A stretch of DNA of 64,000 bases from Candidatus Saccharimonadota bacterium (GTDB lineage: Bacteria > Patescibacteriota > Saccharimonadia > Saccharimonadales > DTSZ01). The DNA lies in the NCBI GenBank assembly GCA_012965045.1, contig DTSZ01000001.1, positions 439,763 through 503,762 on the forward strand, in the 5' to 3' direction. Every line of letters starts with the position of its first letter. Within the stretch, counting starts at the first letter, position 1. The translations under genes and the position numbers were made by a program. The notes beneath the pieces are model-generated. The model worked only from the letters and a program-made list of their open reading frames with translations, was not told the origin of the DNA and made no database searches. This document shows positions 28,927 to 37,186 of the stretch, piece after piece.

Positions 28927-29952
28927 CTAATTCCCAAATTGTTTCAAGAAATCTAATTTACCACTATGGAAATGTCGCACATCTTCTATGTCATGCTTCA
29001 TCATTACAAGTCGGTCGATGCCGCCGCCCCAAGCAAAACCAGTGTATTTTTCTGGGTCGATATCGGCCATTTTGAGCACATTGGGGTGAATCATGCCACA
29101 ACCTAAAATTTCCACCCAACCTTGGCCGCACACCTTGCAGCCGGCTTTGTCGCAAAACGGGCAACTCATTGCAAATTCAAAACTTGGTTCGGTGAATGGA
29201 AAATAAAATGGCTGAGTTTTTACTTCAAGCTCTTTTTCATAGTACGTTTCTAAAAAAGTTTGTAGCGTGGCAATTAAATGACCAGTGTTGATTCCTTCGC
29301 CCACAACCACGCCTTCAAGCTGGTAAAAGGTGTGCTCGTGACGGGCGTCTAGGTCTTCGTTTCTAAATACTCGACCAGGAATAACAACTTGGATTGTTTC
29401 GCCTGATTCGATTCGTTCTTTGCGAGCTTTTAAGACCCGATTTTGCATAGTGCTGGTGTGGGCTGGGGCGATCAAACCTTCCTCTGTCATAAAGGTGTCG
29501 TAATCGTCGCGGGCTGGGTGGCCTTCAGGGAAGTTTAGGGCTTCAAACATATGATAGTCGTCATCGATCGCCCTTGATTCTTCGGCCTCAAACCCCATAC
29601 GTTCAAAAATAGAAAGCAAATTGTCCATTTCGCTCATAAGCGGGTGGATGCTGCCGTTGCTTGCTGGCAAAACCTGTGGTTGATCTGTAAGTTTTACATT
29701 TACATCAAACGGGGCCGTTACGTCGATTGCCGGCTTTGTTGAAGTTGAGTCCTGTAAACTTGCAAGCTTTTGCTCAAATTCTTGCTTTAAGCCGTTAACT
29801 GCTTGGCCAAACTCCCCCCGTTGTTCTGGCGGCAATGCAGGGATCTGGCTGTAAAGTTTTTTAAATTCTACAGAGCGTAAAATCTTGGTTTTATCGTCTA
29901 GTTTTTCGTACTCCGCCAATAAATTTTGTCGGGCGTTTTCAATCTGTTCCAT
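28927..29952 (-). CDS. pheS: Phenylalanine--tRNA ligase alpha subunit
   Basis: Class II aaRS motifs (HPARD, FRNEDLDARHEHTFYQLEG, GFAWGGGIDRL). Confidence 0.95.
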   Translation of the reverse strand: MEQIENARQNLLAEYEKLDDKTKILRSVEFKKLYSQIPALPPEQRGEFGQAVNGLKQEFEQKLASLQDSTSTKPAIDVTAPFDVNVKLTDQPQVLPASNGSIHPLMSEMDNLLSIFERMGFEAEESRAIDDDYHMFEALNFPEGHPARDDYDTFMTEEGLIAPAHTSTMQNRVLKARKERIESGETIQVVIPGRVFRNEDLDARHEHTFYQLEGVVVGEGINTGHLIATLQTFLETYYEKELEVKTQPFYFPFTEPSFEFAMSCPFCDKAGCKVCGQGWVEILGCGMIHPNVLKMADIDPEKYTGFAWGGGIDRLVMMKHDIEDVRHFHSGKLDFLKQFGN

Positions 29953-30065
29953 TGGTTATTTAGTATACACGCTCGTCTATACAGATTGCTAACAGTTTGC
30001 TCACAGCAACTAAACAGTCGTAAACATATACTAACTATGTCAGTAAGTAATTAGGGAGGGTCACT

Positions 30066-30203
30066 ATGGGATTTTTAACAAAATCTAAAAAAATAAAAAC
30101 TTCCAACATTACATTCGAAATGCCCGACGACGACGATTTTGATCAGTCGGTCGATAGGTTTATAAAAAACGACTTCAAAAACCGAACTGTATCAGCTATT
30201 TAA
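30066..30203 (+). CDS. Candidate small ORF (45 aa), not in the ORF track
   Basis: ATG at 30066 lies 5 nt after GGGAGGG. Translates to MGFLTKSKKIKTSNITFEMPDDDDFDQSVDRFIKNDFKNRTVSAI. The stop overlaps the convergent photolyase stop. Confidence 0.3.
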   Translation: MGFLTKSKKIKTSNITFEMPDDDDFDQSVDRFIKNDFKNRTVSAI

Positions 30204-31624
30204 GAGAATTTTCGTATATATTTGTCGATATCAAATTTACGCCTAAGCCCCTTTTGGTTCATGTAGCGAATTTGTCCAAACACCTCACGCTCCATCCATG
30301 GCCTATCGTGTATACCAGCAATCGACCACATCACACCTGTATAACCATTAGGGTCGCCACCATCTAAGCTATATGTGTCATTAAATTGGTTCGTCCAATC
30401 GAGAGCGGTTTGTGGGTCTTTGGTCCATTCAAGTATTTTCTTTGCCCAGTACATTCGCATGTAGCCATGAATTTTGCCGGTTTGTAGCAGTTGGTTTTGC
30501 GCCGCATTCCATGCCTGGTCATGAGTTTGAGCTTTTTCAAGCTGTGTGTATGGGTATATGTGTTCCCGTGGATCATCTTGGTGTTTTTGCAGAGTGATCA
30601 AGGCCCACTTTTTTGCCCCGTCCAACTGGTCGTAGTCACTGTTGTAGTAGCAAAAATTATCAGCCAATTCTTTTCGAACTACCAGTTCTTCAAACAGGGC
30701 ATCGGCTCCTGATCTTAACGGTTGGCTAAGGTCAGCCTTTGGCATTTTCTTCGAACTGTAAGCATGTAAGTCTAGATTAGATTGATCAAGGAGTTTTTTT
30801 AGCTCCAATACAACTCGCAAACTAGAAATTTGGCCGAAATGTAAATACGGACTAAGGTTAGTGAGTTTATTTAATGTTGGGTCGTTTCTTTTTGTCGCAT
30901 AATCTTTAAGTTTCTTTTTTAAAAATATCTGTAGGGTTTCATGAGCAGCCGTTTCACCAGATGCAAACGGTGGACTGTACTGGTCGCCCAGCGATTTAGC
31001 TGTTATCGATTTCATGGCAGCATCTAGCGAATCGTTATGAAATTCTTCACTAGACTCCTCTTGTGTGGTAACTAGATCTGGCTCTTCAATAAATTCACCA
31101 AATTTAGAATGAATTTTGCCACGAATGGTGTGAGCAGCAAATTCTTGCTGGTCGCTTGTAATCCAAACTGGCACGACGTTATGAGTGTCGACTTCATAGC
31201 ATGCTGCGTCGACGCTGTTCGCAACTTTTTTTCGGAGTGCTTGTGGCCCGCGCAAAGGATTAAAGTCAAAGTAAATAGCACCTGGTTTTATGTCTGATAC
31301 AAGCTCTTCAATAGCCTGGCTTGGTTTACTTGCCATCCGTACAATAAATGGAATATTTAAAGCTTCGAGCTCGTCTTTAATGTGCGTTAAGCCTTCAAAC
31401 ATGAATTCATACTGCTGCAGTACGCGGTAGCCGGTTTTTGGATATACCATAAACGCAACAATTACAGATTGATCATTAGCCTGAGCATGTTTTTGAGCAG
31501 CGATAAGCGCATGGTTGTCTTGTACGCGCTGGTCGCGACTCATTATGTACAAGACTGGCTTTGCGGCATCTTGCTTTATTTCATTTAGTTTTCGGATTCG
31601 CCTAGTAAGTGCATCTTGAACCAT
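30200..31624 (-). CDS. Deoxyribodipyrimidine photolyase, class II type
   Basis: The N-terminal pattern YIMSRDQRVQDNHALIAA and C-terminal FAD-binding region (GKIHGYMRMYWAKK...GVMWSIAGIHDRPW) match class II CPD photolyases. Confidence 0.8.
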   Translation of the reverse strand: MVQDALTRRIRKLNEIKQDAAKPVLYIMSRDQRVQDNHALIAAQKHAQANDQSVIVAFMVYPKTGYRVLQQYEFMFEGLTHIKDELEALNIPFIVRMASKPSQAIEELVSDIKPGAIYFDFNPLRGPQALRKKVANSVDAACYEVDTHNVVPVWITSDQQEFAAHTIRGKIHSKFGEFIEEPDLVTTQEESSEEFHNDSLDAAMKSITAKSLGDQYSPPFASGETAAHETLQIFLKKKLKDYATKRNDPTLNKLTNLSPYLHFGQISSLRVVLELKKLLDQSNLDLHAYSSKKMPKADLSQPLRSGADALFEELVVRKELADNFCYYNSDYDQLDGAKKWALITLQKHQDDPREHIYPYTQLEKAQTHDQAWNAAQNQLLQTGKIHGYMRMYWAKKILEWTKDPQTALDWTNQFNDTYSLDGGDPNGYTGVMWSIAGIHDRPWMEREVFGQIRYMNQKGLRRKFDIDKYIRKFS

Positions 31625-31628
31625 AGCT

Positions 31629-33041
31629 TTATTCTACCGACGGATATAGCGACTGAGCGTATAGTTTTAATTCCTCTAGTAGATATTGCTGCTGATCAGT
31701 CGACTCTTTTTGTGCAAGTTCTAGTAGTTGTTTTTCAAGTTGCGGAAAGGTTTGCCAGGCGGCTCCGTCCTGCAGGAGTCGCTGTGCTCTAAATTGCTCC
31801 CATTGCTGGTGCTGAGCTTCGTTTAATTGATTTGGAAAGTTCCTGAACAAATACCGTTTTGCCAAGCTGGCGTATTTTTTATTTTCAAACAGCAGTTCAC
31901 CCCACTGAGCTGGCTCTGTTGAGCGAACTCGCTCCAGCTCTCGCTTGTCGGCAGGGCTCGGAAAGCCGTCATACAACTGAGCGTCAACATCGGGCTCTGG
32001 CTGAAAGTCGTTGGCCGTAAATAAACTAATGACCTTTTTCTTAAAGTCATTTGTAAGCAATGCTGCATGTTTTTGAGCCACTGACTCGTCTAATTGAATT
32101 CTGGCTGCGACAGCAGTATTGAACCAGTCCATACTAGCAATAAACGGCGATTTATTGGTACCGATTTCTTTAATAGGCAGGCGTGTGTTTGCGTCGTCGA
32201 GGCTAATAAACCGCCTGTCTGCCAAATCTTGCTTGCTTAACTGTAAAAATTCCTGGGGGTTTACGCGCAGGTCATACACAATGTACTTATTGTTTTGTAC
32301 TGGGTGCTTGCCAAGTACCGCCACTAAACTAGTGTTTAAAAACTTGTTCGCAAAACGACCAGTTGAGTGAACCAATATGCTATTTTTTTCAAGCGCCTCT
32401 TGTAGGACGCTGTTAGTCTTTTTTTTGTCTATTAGGCTGAATGCATAGCTATACAGTTCGGGCTGGCTTTGTTTGATTATTTTAGCCAAAGAAATGGTGG
32501 CGCGAACATCCACCAAGGCGTCGTGTGCTCCTTCGTGTTCGATATTGTTAATTTTAGTAATTTCTTCGAGCCGATTACTTGGCTCGCTGTCTACAAACGG
32601 CCAATCTAAGCCGTCTGGTCGCAGCGCTCGCATAGCGCGAACTAAATCAAGAATGTCCCAACGATTATTGCCGTTCGCATACTCACGTTCATAGGGGTCG
32701 TAAAGGTTGCGGTACAACATATAGCGCAGCATTTCATCGTCGAACCGAATTGTATTATAGCCACTGGTTATGGTGCCTGGTTTTATCAGTTCGCTGTAAA
32801 TGCGTGCAATAAAGTCTTTTTCAATAAGACCGTCTTGTTGGGCTTTTTGGGGCGTTATGCCAGTAGTCAATATTGCACCTGGTTCCGGCAGCATGTCATT
32901 ACGTGGCTTGGCGTAAATCATTAACGATTCGCCGATTTCGTTTAAATCTAAGTCGGTGCGGATGCCAGCAAACTGCGCAGCAGAAGAATATTTTGGGCTC
33001 AAACCCCATGTTTCTAAGTCGTACCAATACAATGTGTTCAT
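31629..33041 (-). CDS. sbcB: Exodeoxyribonuclease I
   Basis: DEDDh exonuclease motifs (YDLETWG, NTIRFDDEMLR, HDALVDV) and an ExoI C-terminal domain. Start placed at the ATG giving MNTLYWYDLETWG; the tracked TTG at 33134 adds an implausible Cys/Thr-rich extension. Confidence 0.85.
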   Translation of the reverse strand: MNTLYWYDLETWGLSPKYSSAAQFAGIRTDLDLNEIGESLMIYAKPRNDMLPEPGAILTTGITPQKAQQDGLIEKDFIARIYSELIKPGTITSGYNTIRFDDEMLRYMLYRNLYDPYEREYANGNNRWDILDLVRAMRALRPDGLDWPFVDSEPSNRLEEITKINNIEHEGAHDALVDVRATISLAKIIKQSQPELYSYAFSLIDKKKTNSVLQEALEKNSILVHSTGRFANKFLNTSLVAVLGKHPVQNNKYIVYDLRVNPQEFLQLSKQDLADRRFISLDDANTRLPIKEIGTNKSPFIASMDWFNTAVAARIQLDESVAQKHAALLTNDFKKKVISLFTANDFQPEPDVDAQLYDGFPSPADKRELERVRSTEPAQWGELLFENKKYASLAKRYLFRNFPNQLNEAQHQQWEQFRAQRLLQDGAAWQTFPQLEKQLLELAQKESTDQQQYLLEELKLYAQSLYPSVE

Positions 33042-33116
33042 ATTCCAAAAGTATACCGCATGCACTAAAAAGCTAGTGCTTGTAGTAATGCAGTTAGTAG
33101 GTGTACATTTTAAAAC

Positions 33117-33578
33117 ATGGCAATGAGCAGACAATCTAGAGACGTGCTTCCATTAACCGACGGGCTAAATTTTGCCGAAATCGGATTAAAAGACCGTGCT
33201 GCAAATATTGCTCGAGAAGCTATAAAGCACACCCTTGTCCATTACTACGAAGCACAAGAATCAATCGACTTATTGGATTTGTGTATAAGAAAAGAACTTT
33301 TTCTTGGGGAGACCGAAGATTTTAGTTTAGCAGTCAGCGCTCGAGCGATCGAGAGCGACGAACTAGATGAATGTGCGACCGTTTTAAAAGCACTTGCACG
33401 ATATCAAGCAGATTTGCTGGAACCTCGGTATGCCGGCATGGTAGCTATGACACATCTAGATATAACCGAACACTACCAGCAGATGTTAGCGCCTGCTGGT
33501 CGCAGCCCAGAGTCTCAGGCGACGGCTGTGAATAGAGCCGAAAAACTCCAAGCTCTACTTGCAAGCCCAGTTACGTAA
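33117..33578 (+). CDS. Hypothetical protein (153 aa)
   Basis: ORF only, acidic and helical. Plus-strand gene wedged between minus-strand housekeeping genes. Confidence 0.5.
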   Translation: MAMSRQSRDVLPLTDGLNFAEIGLKDRAANIAREAIKHTLVHYYEAQESIDLLDLCIRKELFLGETEDFSLAVSARAIESDELDECATVLKALARYQADLLEPRYAGMVAMTHLDITEHYQQMLAPAGRSPESQATAVNRAEKLQALLASPVT

Positions 33579-33615
33579 TTTGGTTAATTAACAATTTTCT
33601 TTTAAAGTAGCTCTG

Positions 33616-34002
33616 ATGAAACTAATCGGAAATGTCACAACTGTAGTAGAAACTGGAAACGTAATATTAAGCGGCGAGTACGCTGATTTGGTTGCAGCTG
33701 CAGTTGAACGTACGCAACCGCCAACACTAGAAGAAATAACCGAAGACCGAAGAAATACTATACAGCAACTAGGGCGGGTCGCAGAGGAAAGCTGTGCTGT
33801 CTTAACCCCTGAAAGCATGTTAGTAGCAACTGACGCTGTACATGACTATAATGCCAACCTGCAAAGACTCCTCGATAATGTTCCGTGGCATCAAATCATA
33901 AAACACTTTCAAATAGGTCAACTATCGAGAAAACTCCAACAAGTTGGCAACGTAATGGAACGCTATACCAACAGAGATGTCACAGACAGCGAGCCAGCCT
34001 AA
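33616..34002 (+). CDS. Hypothetical protein (128 aa)
   Basis: ORF only. Follows the 153-aa gene after 37 nt. Its stop overlaps the convergent obg stop by 4 nt. Confidence 0.5.
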   Translation: MKLIGNVTTVVETGNVILSGEYADLVAAAVERTQPPTLEEITEDRRNTIQQLGRVAEESCAVLTPESMLVATDAVHDYNANLQRLLDNVPWHQIIKHFQIGQLSRKLQQVGNVMERYTNRDVTDSEPA

Positions 34003-35258
34003 GCTGTTTCGTCGAAGTTAAAAACCTTGTCAGCCACATGAATATCTTGCGAGCCGTCGTAACCTAATTTTTCAAGTTCTTTAATTATGCCTTTTCGTTC
34101 AAAAATGTTGTATAGCCGCGTACGACCAAAATAGTCGTCTGCATTTGTCTTTAAAGCAAATCGCTCCATAGCTTTACCTTCGACAATAAATTTTTTGCGG
34201 TGTTTACGCACAAACCAGTCGTCCTTGGTTTCTTCGACTGTATACACTGGCATGTCCGGTTTTTCTGATTCTTCTTGTAGTTTAGTTTTTTCAAAATGCG
34301 CGGTTGCTGTTTGCTTCGCTAGCCGAAGAAGTTCCAACGTTCCCTTTTTAGCCACCGACGAAATTGCCAAGGTTTCACTGCTAAATTGTTTTTTAAGCTC
34401 AATTAATCTGTCGGGTTCAATTAAATCAATTTTAGTTAATACACTAACCACGGGCTTATCTTTAAGCAAATCACGCTTTGAAACTTCTTTTAAAATAGTT
34501 GCTTGGTCAGCTTTGGGGTCTTCGGCGCTGGCATCAATTAAGTGCACCAACACCCCAGTACGCTCAACATGGCGCAAAAACTCGTCGCCAAGCCCTTTGC
34601 CTTCGCTCGCACCTTCAATTAAACCGGGGATGTCTGCAATAACTAAACTGGTTTCGTCAAACTCTGCCACGCCTAGGTTGGGTACCAGAGTTGTAAACGG
34701 ATAATCTGCAACTTTTGGCCGCGCAGCGCTCACGGTTTTCAGTAGCGTCGACTTACCTGCATTTGGTAGGCCTATCAAGCCGACATCGGCAACTAGTTTT
34801 AACTCTAGGGTGAGTTCTTTTTCTTCCCCTGGTGTTCCGAGCTCTGCAACCTGCGGGGCTTGCCGGGTGGAGCTTTTAAAGTGAGCGTTACCAAAACCAC
34901 CTTCACCGCCTTTTGCAACAACTAGTTGTTGACCTTCTTCATATAGGTCGCCTAGAACCGTGTCGTCCTCTGTGACAACTGTTCCTACAGGTACGACTAC
35001 AATCTTATCTTCGCCGCTTTTTCCGCGCTGTCGACGCTTTGCGCCGCTCTTACCGTGGTCGGCTTTAATTTTAGGGTCGTGCCTAAAATTAGCCAAGGTG
35101 TTGGTATTTTTTTGTGCTACAAAAACTACATTGCCACCATCTCCGCCGTCACCGCCATCAGGGCCACCACGATCCACATAAATCTCACGCCGAAAACTTT
35201 TGGCGCCATTCCCACCGTTACCGGCTTTTACAAATACTGTTGCTGTGTCTACAAACAT
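33999..35258 (-). CDS. obg: GTPase Obg/CgtA with C-terminal OCT domain
   Basis: Glycine-rich Obg fold (GGNGGNGAKSFRRE...GGPDGGDGGDGG), G motifs (GLPNAGKS, DIPGLIEGA, TKID) and a C-terminal DUF1967-like tail. Confidence 0.95.
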   Translation of the reverse strand: MFVDTATVFVKAGNGGNGAKSFRREIYVDRGGPDGGDGGDGGNVVFVAQKNTNTLANFRHDPKIKADHGKSGAKRRQRGKSGEDKIVVVPVGTVVTEDDTVLGDLYEEGQQLVVAKGGEGGFGNAHFKSSTRQAPQVAELGTPGEEKELTLELKLVADVGLIGLPNAGKSTLLKTVSAARPKVADYPFTTLVPNLGVAEFDETSLVIADIPGLIEGASEGKGLGDEFLRHVERTGVLVHLIDASAEDPKADQATILKEVSKRDLLKDKPVVSVLTKIDLIEPDRLIELKKQFSSETLAISSVAKKGTLELLRLAKQTATAHFEKTKLQEESEKPDMPVYTVEETKDDWFVRKHRKKFIVEGKAMERFALKTNADDYFGRTRLYNIFERKGIIKELEKLGYDGSQDIHVADKVFNFDETA

Positions 35259-35281
35259 GTTTAACAGTATAACTGTTAAAC
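35259..35281. promoter_or_regulatory. 23-bp palindrome GTTTAACAG-TATAA-CTGTTAAAC directly abutting the obg start codon
   Basis: Perfect 9-bp arms at 35259-35267 and 35273-35281. The obg ATG occupies 35256-35258 on the minus strand. No SD is visible. Confidence 0.4.
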
Positions 35282-35518
35282 CCTAATAACTTTAGTGAAT
35301 TTAAGAAAATAATTATTACCATTTTGTCTTGTTAAAACACCTAACCCAAAAACCGCTCGGCATATTGCTACTCCTTTATGCCTCTTTTCATAAATAACAA
35401 TTGGTTGAGGGAGTAAACTGCGAGTGCTCGCTTCCGTGGTCCCTGCCTTACGACAGGTAAACTCACCGAGTGCAGGCTGTGGCCAATAAGATAAGTATTC
35501 TGTGGTTTTGCAAACCTT

Positions 35519-35546
35519 AAAAGAAGCCGATTTCTCGGCTTCTTTC
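35519..35546 (-). terminator. Rho-independent terminator after the LysM/CHAP hydrolase gene
   Basis: On the minus strand: GAAGCCGA-GAAA-UCGGCUUC followed by UUUUAAGGUUU, about 30 nt after the stop at 35574. Confidence 0.7.
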
Positions 35547-35573
35547 TATATTCTATCTTCAATATTCAAGCTT

Positions 35574-36812
35574 CTAACGCAGGAAGTTCCAGTGACTCTG
35601 CACAGCAACCCAGTCATTAGTTACAGCTGCAACACCACGACCAGCGATACCGTTCATGTCTGAATATTTGATCATGCTGCCGTCTGAACTAACTGCCTCT
35701 ACAACACCAACGTGTCCGGCACCATAGTTTTTGGTTTGAACAACTGCACCAACAGTAGGGGTTTTACTTACTGATACACCGGCACGGTTATCCCATGCTG
35801 ATGCGTTACCACGGATCTTGTTAGCAACAGGGTTACCAAGATCAGCAGCACGTACGTCAGCCCACCATGTACATTGACCACCGTAGAACTTGTTAGGGCT
35901 CATACTCCACACGCTTCTACCGTTATATGTACCAGATGCAAGAACTGTGTAGTTACCGAAGTAGCCATAGCCAGTTCGTCCAACACCTGAATCAGTAGTG
36001 CTGGCGTTGTTAACAGCTGCGAAGTATCGTCGTACAGGTACAACAGGAGCTGGTTTTTCGCCGTCAGGAATAATAATAGTTTCACCAGCAACAAGGCCAG
36101 TTAACTCAGCGTCGTTAAAGGTAATAATTTCGTCAGCTTCAGCTTTGTATGTTTCGGCTAGCTTTTCAGCAGTATCGCCTTCTTTAACTTCGTACACAAC
36201 ACCGTTAACTGGGGGAATGGTAAGTTCTTTACCACTTGCAACAACATTACTTGTCATGTCGTTTGCCCACTTAATTGTGTCGGTTGAAACACCGTATTGT
36301 TCGGCAATATCGTCTAATGACTCACCGTTAGCAACAGTGTGCTTAGAAATGTCTTCGGTAGTTACGGCGTCGGTTTGTACAACCTGAGACTTAACAATGT
36401 GTGCAGTTTGGGCTTCATAACCAATTGACTCTTCGGTTTTAGCTTGTAGCTCTTCTGAGTCAGTACCAACAACATCGGCTAGTTCTGCAACCATTGCTGT
36501 AACGTATTGTTCGGTTATACCGTCAACAATCTCAACATTGGCGCTTTGAACGTCGGCGTTGAAAACAACCGGTTGTTCAGGAGTAGATGTGTTAGCAACA
36601 AGAAGACCAATCATACCACCAGCCAGCGTAAGCTTAGTGGCAACAGGAAGGGCTTTTTTACCAGCAGAAACAAGTCCAGAAATATACTTACTGGTTACTC
36701 TGTTTACTGATGTATTTGATTTCTTAGCTTTTGAGGTCTTTGATAATAATGTAATCTTATTATCTTTTGAATTGAATACGCGAAAATTTTTCGCAAGTAC
36801 TTTGGTACTAAT
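35574..36812 (-). CDS. Membrane-anchored peptidoglycan hydrolase with two LysM domains and a C-terminal CHAP domain; probable ATT start
   Basis: LysM repeats (HTVANGESLDDIAEQYGVSTDTIKWAN; YEVKEGDTAEKLAETYKAEADEIITFN). CHAP Cys/His (GGQCTWWA...GHVGVVEAV). The frame stays open for 66 codons upstream of the tracked Met (36614) and encodes the TM anchor KKALPVATKLTLAGGMIGLLVA. ATT at 36810-36812 lies 7 nt after AAGGAG. Confidence 0.75.
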   Translation of the reverse strand: MSTKVLAKNFRVFNSKDNKITLLSKTSKAKKSNTSVNRVTSKYISGLVSAGKKALPVATKLTLAGGMIGLLVANTSTPEQPVVFNADVQSANVEIVDGITEQYVTAMVAELADVVGTDSEELQAKTEESIGYEAQTAHIVKSQVVQTDAVTTEDISKHTVANGESLDDIAEQYGVSTDTIKWANDMTSNVVASGKELTIPPVNGVVYEVKEGDTAEKLAETYKAEADEIITFNDAELTGLVAGETIIIPDGEKPAPVVPVRRYFAAVNNASTTDSGVGRTGYGYFGNYTVLASGTYNGRSVWSMSPNKFYGGQCTWWADVRAADLGNPVANKIRGNASAWDNRAGVSVSKTPTVGAVVQTKNYGAGHVGVVEAVSSDGSMIKYSDMNGIAGRGVAAVTNDWVAVQSHWNFLR

Positions 36813-36971
36813 ACCTCTGCTCCTTGGCCCGGTATCTCTACTGAGCCTACTACTTTGTCGCGTTATACGATTGCACGAGTCTTCGACCTTGTGATTAATT
36901 TCTTTGACTCTTATGCGACCTAGTAGGTCATCTAAGTAACTCTGCGTTAACTGCTAAGGGACAAATCTGAA

Positions 36972-37107
36972 ACGTTCTTAGCCAGTTAGCTCCACCCGAG
37001 CACACTTGATGAACGAATAAATCTTACCATTACGCTCACCCCGGGTCAATAGGTTTTCACCCCTGTTATTGATCTGTTAAATGCGTTATTATGCAATACT
37101 TAAGCGT
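36972..37107 (-). ncRNA. Structured 5' leader resembling a ydaO-type (c-di-AMP) riboswitch
   Basis: On the minus strand, P1-like pairing of ACGCUUA (37101-37107) with UAAGAACGU (36972-36980). Internal GGGGUGAAAAC, GACCCGGGGUGAGCG and GGAGCUAAC-UGGC-UAAG resemble ydaO blocks GGGGUGAAUC, GACCCG and CAGCUAAC-CUCG-UAAG. The first G-rich block of the consensus is not evident. Confidence 0.3.
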
Positions 37108-37186
37108 TTTGTGTCAAATATACAATTTAACAGATGTAGAATGAGCCTTTATTGCTACTTTTAAAAGTGTTGTAAAATTGTAGTTT

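Noticed and set aside
33042-33134. N-terminal extensions from tracked alternative starts of sbcB (TTG at 33134), the 169-aa gene (17366) and mnmA (49301)
   Set aside because: The extensions are Cys/Thr/Arg-rich, lack an RBS and precede well-conserved N-termini. Internal ATGs (33041, 17429, 49256) fit the family alignments or SD sequences better.
35380-35500. SRP (4.5S) RNA hypothesis, prompted by GUUUACC and AAGGCAG strings
   Set aside because: There is no GGAA tetraloop with flanking symmetric AGCA-type loop. The 5' and 3' ends do not pair into the long SRP hairpin. The similarity comes from a direct repeat instead.
35368-35562. 64-aa minus-strand ORF upstream of obg
   Set aside because: It runs through the hydrolase terminator hairpin and the direct-repeat region. 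It is Arg/Leu-rich, has no SD, and is better explained as non-coding regulatory or RNA sequence.
36507-36894. Plus-strand ORFs 36507-36710 and 36559-36894
   Set aside because: They are antisense to the N-terminal extension and SD/ATT start region of the LysM/CHAP gene. They show no RBS or motifs.
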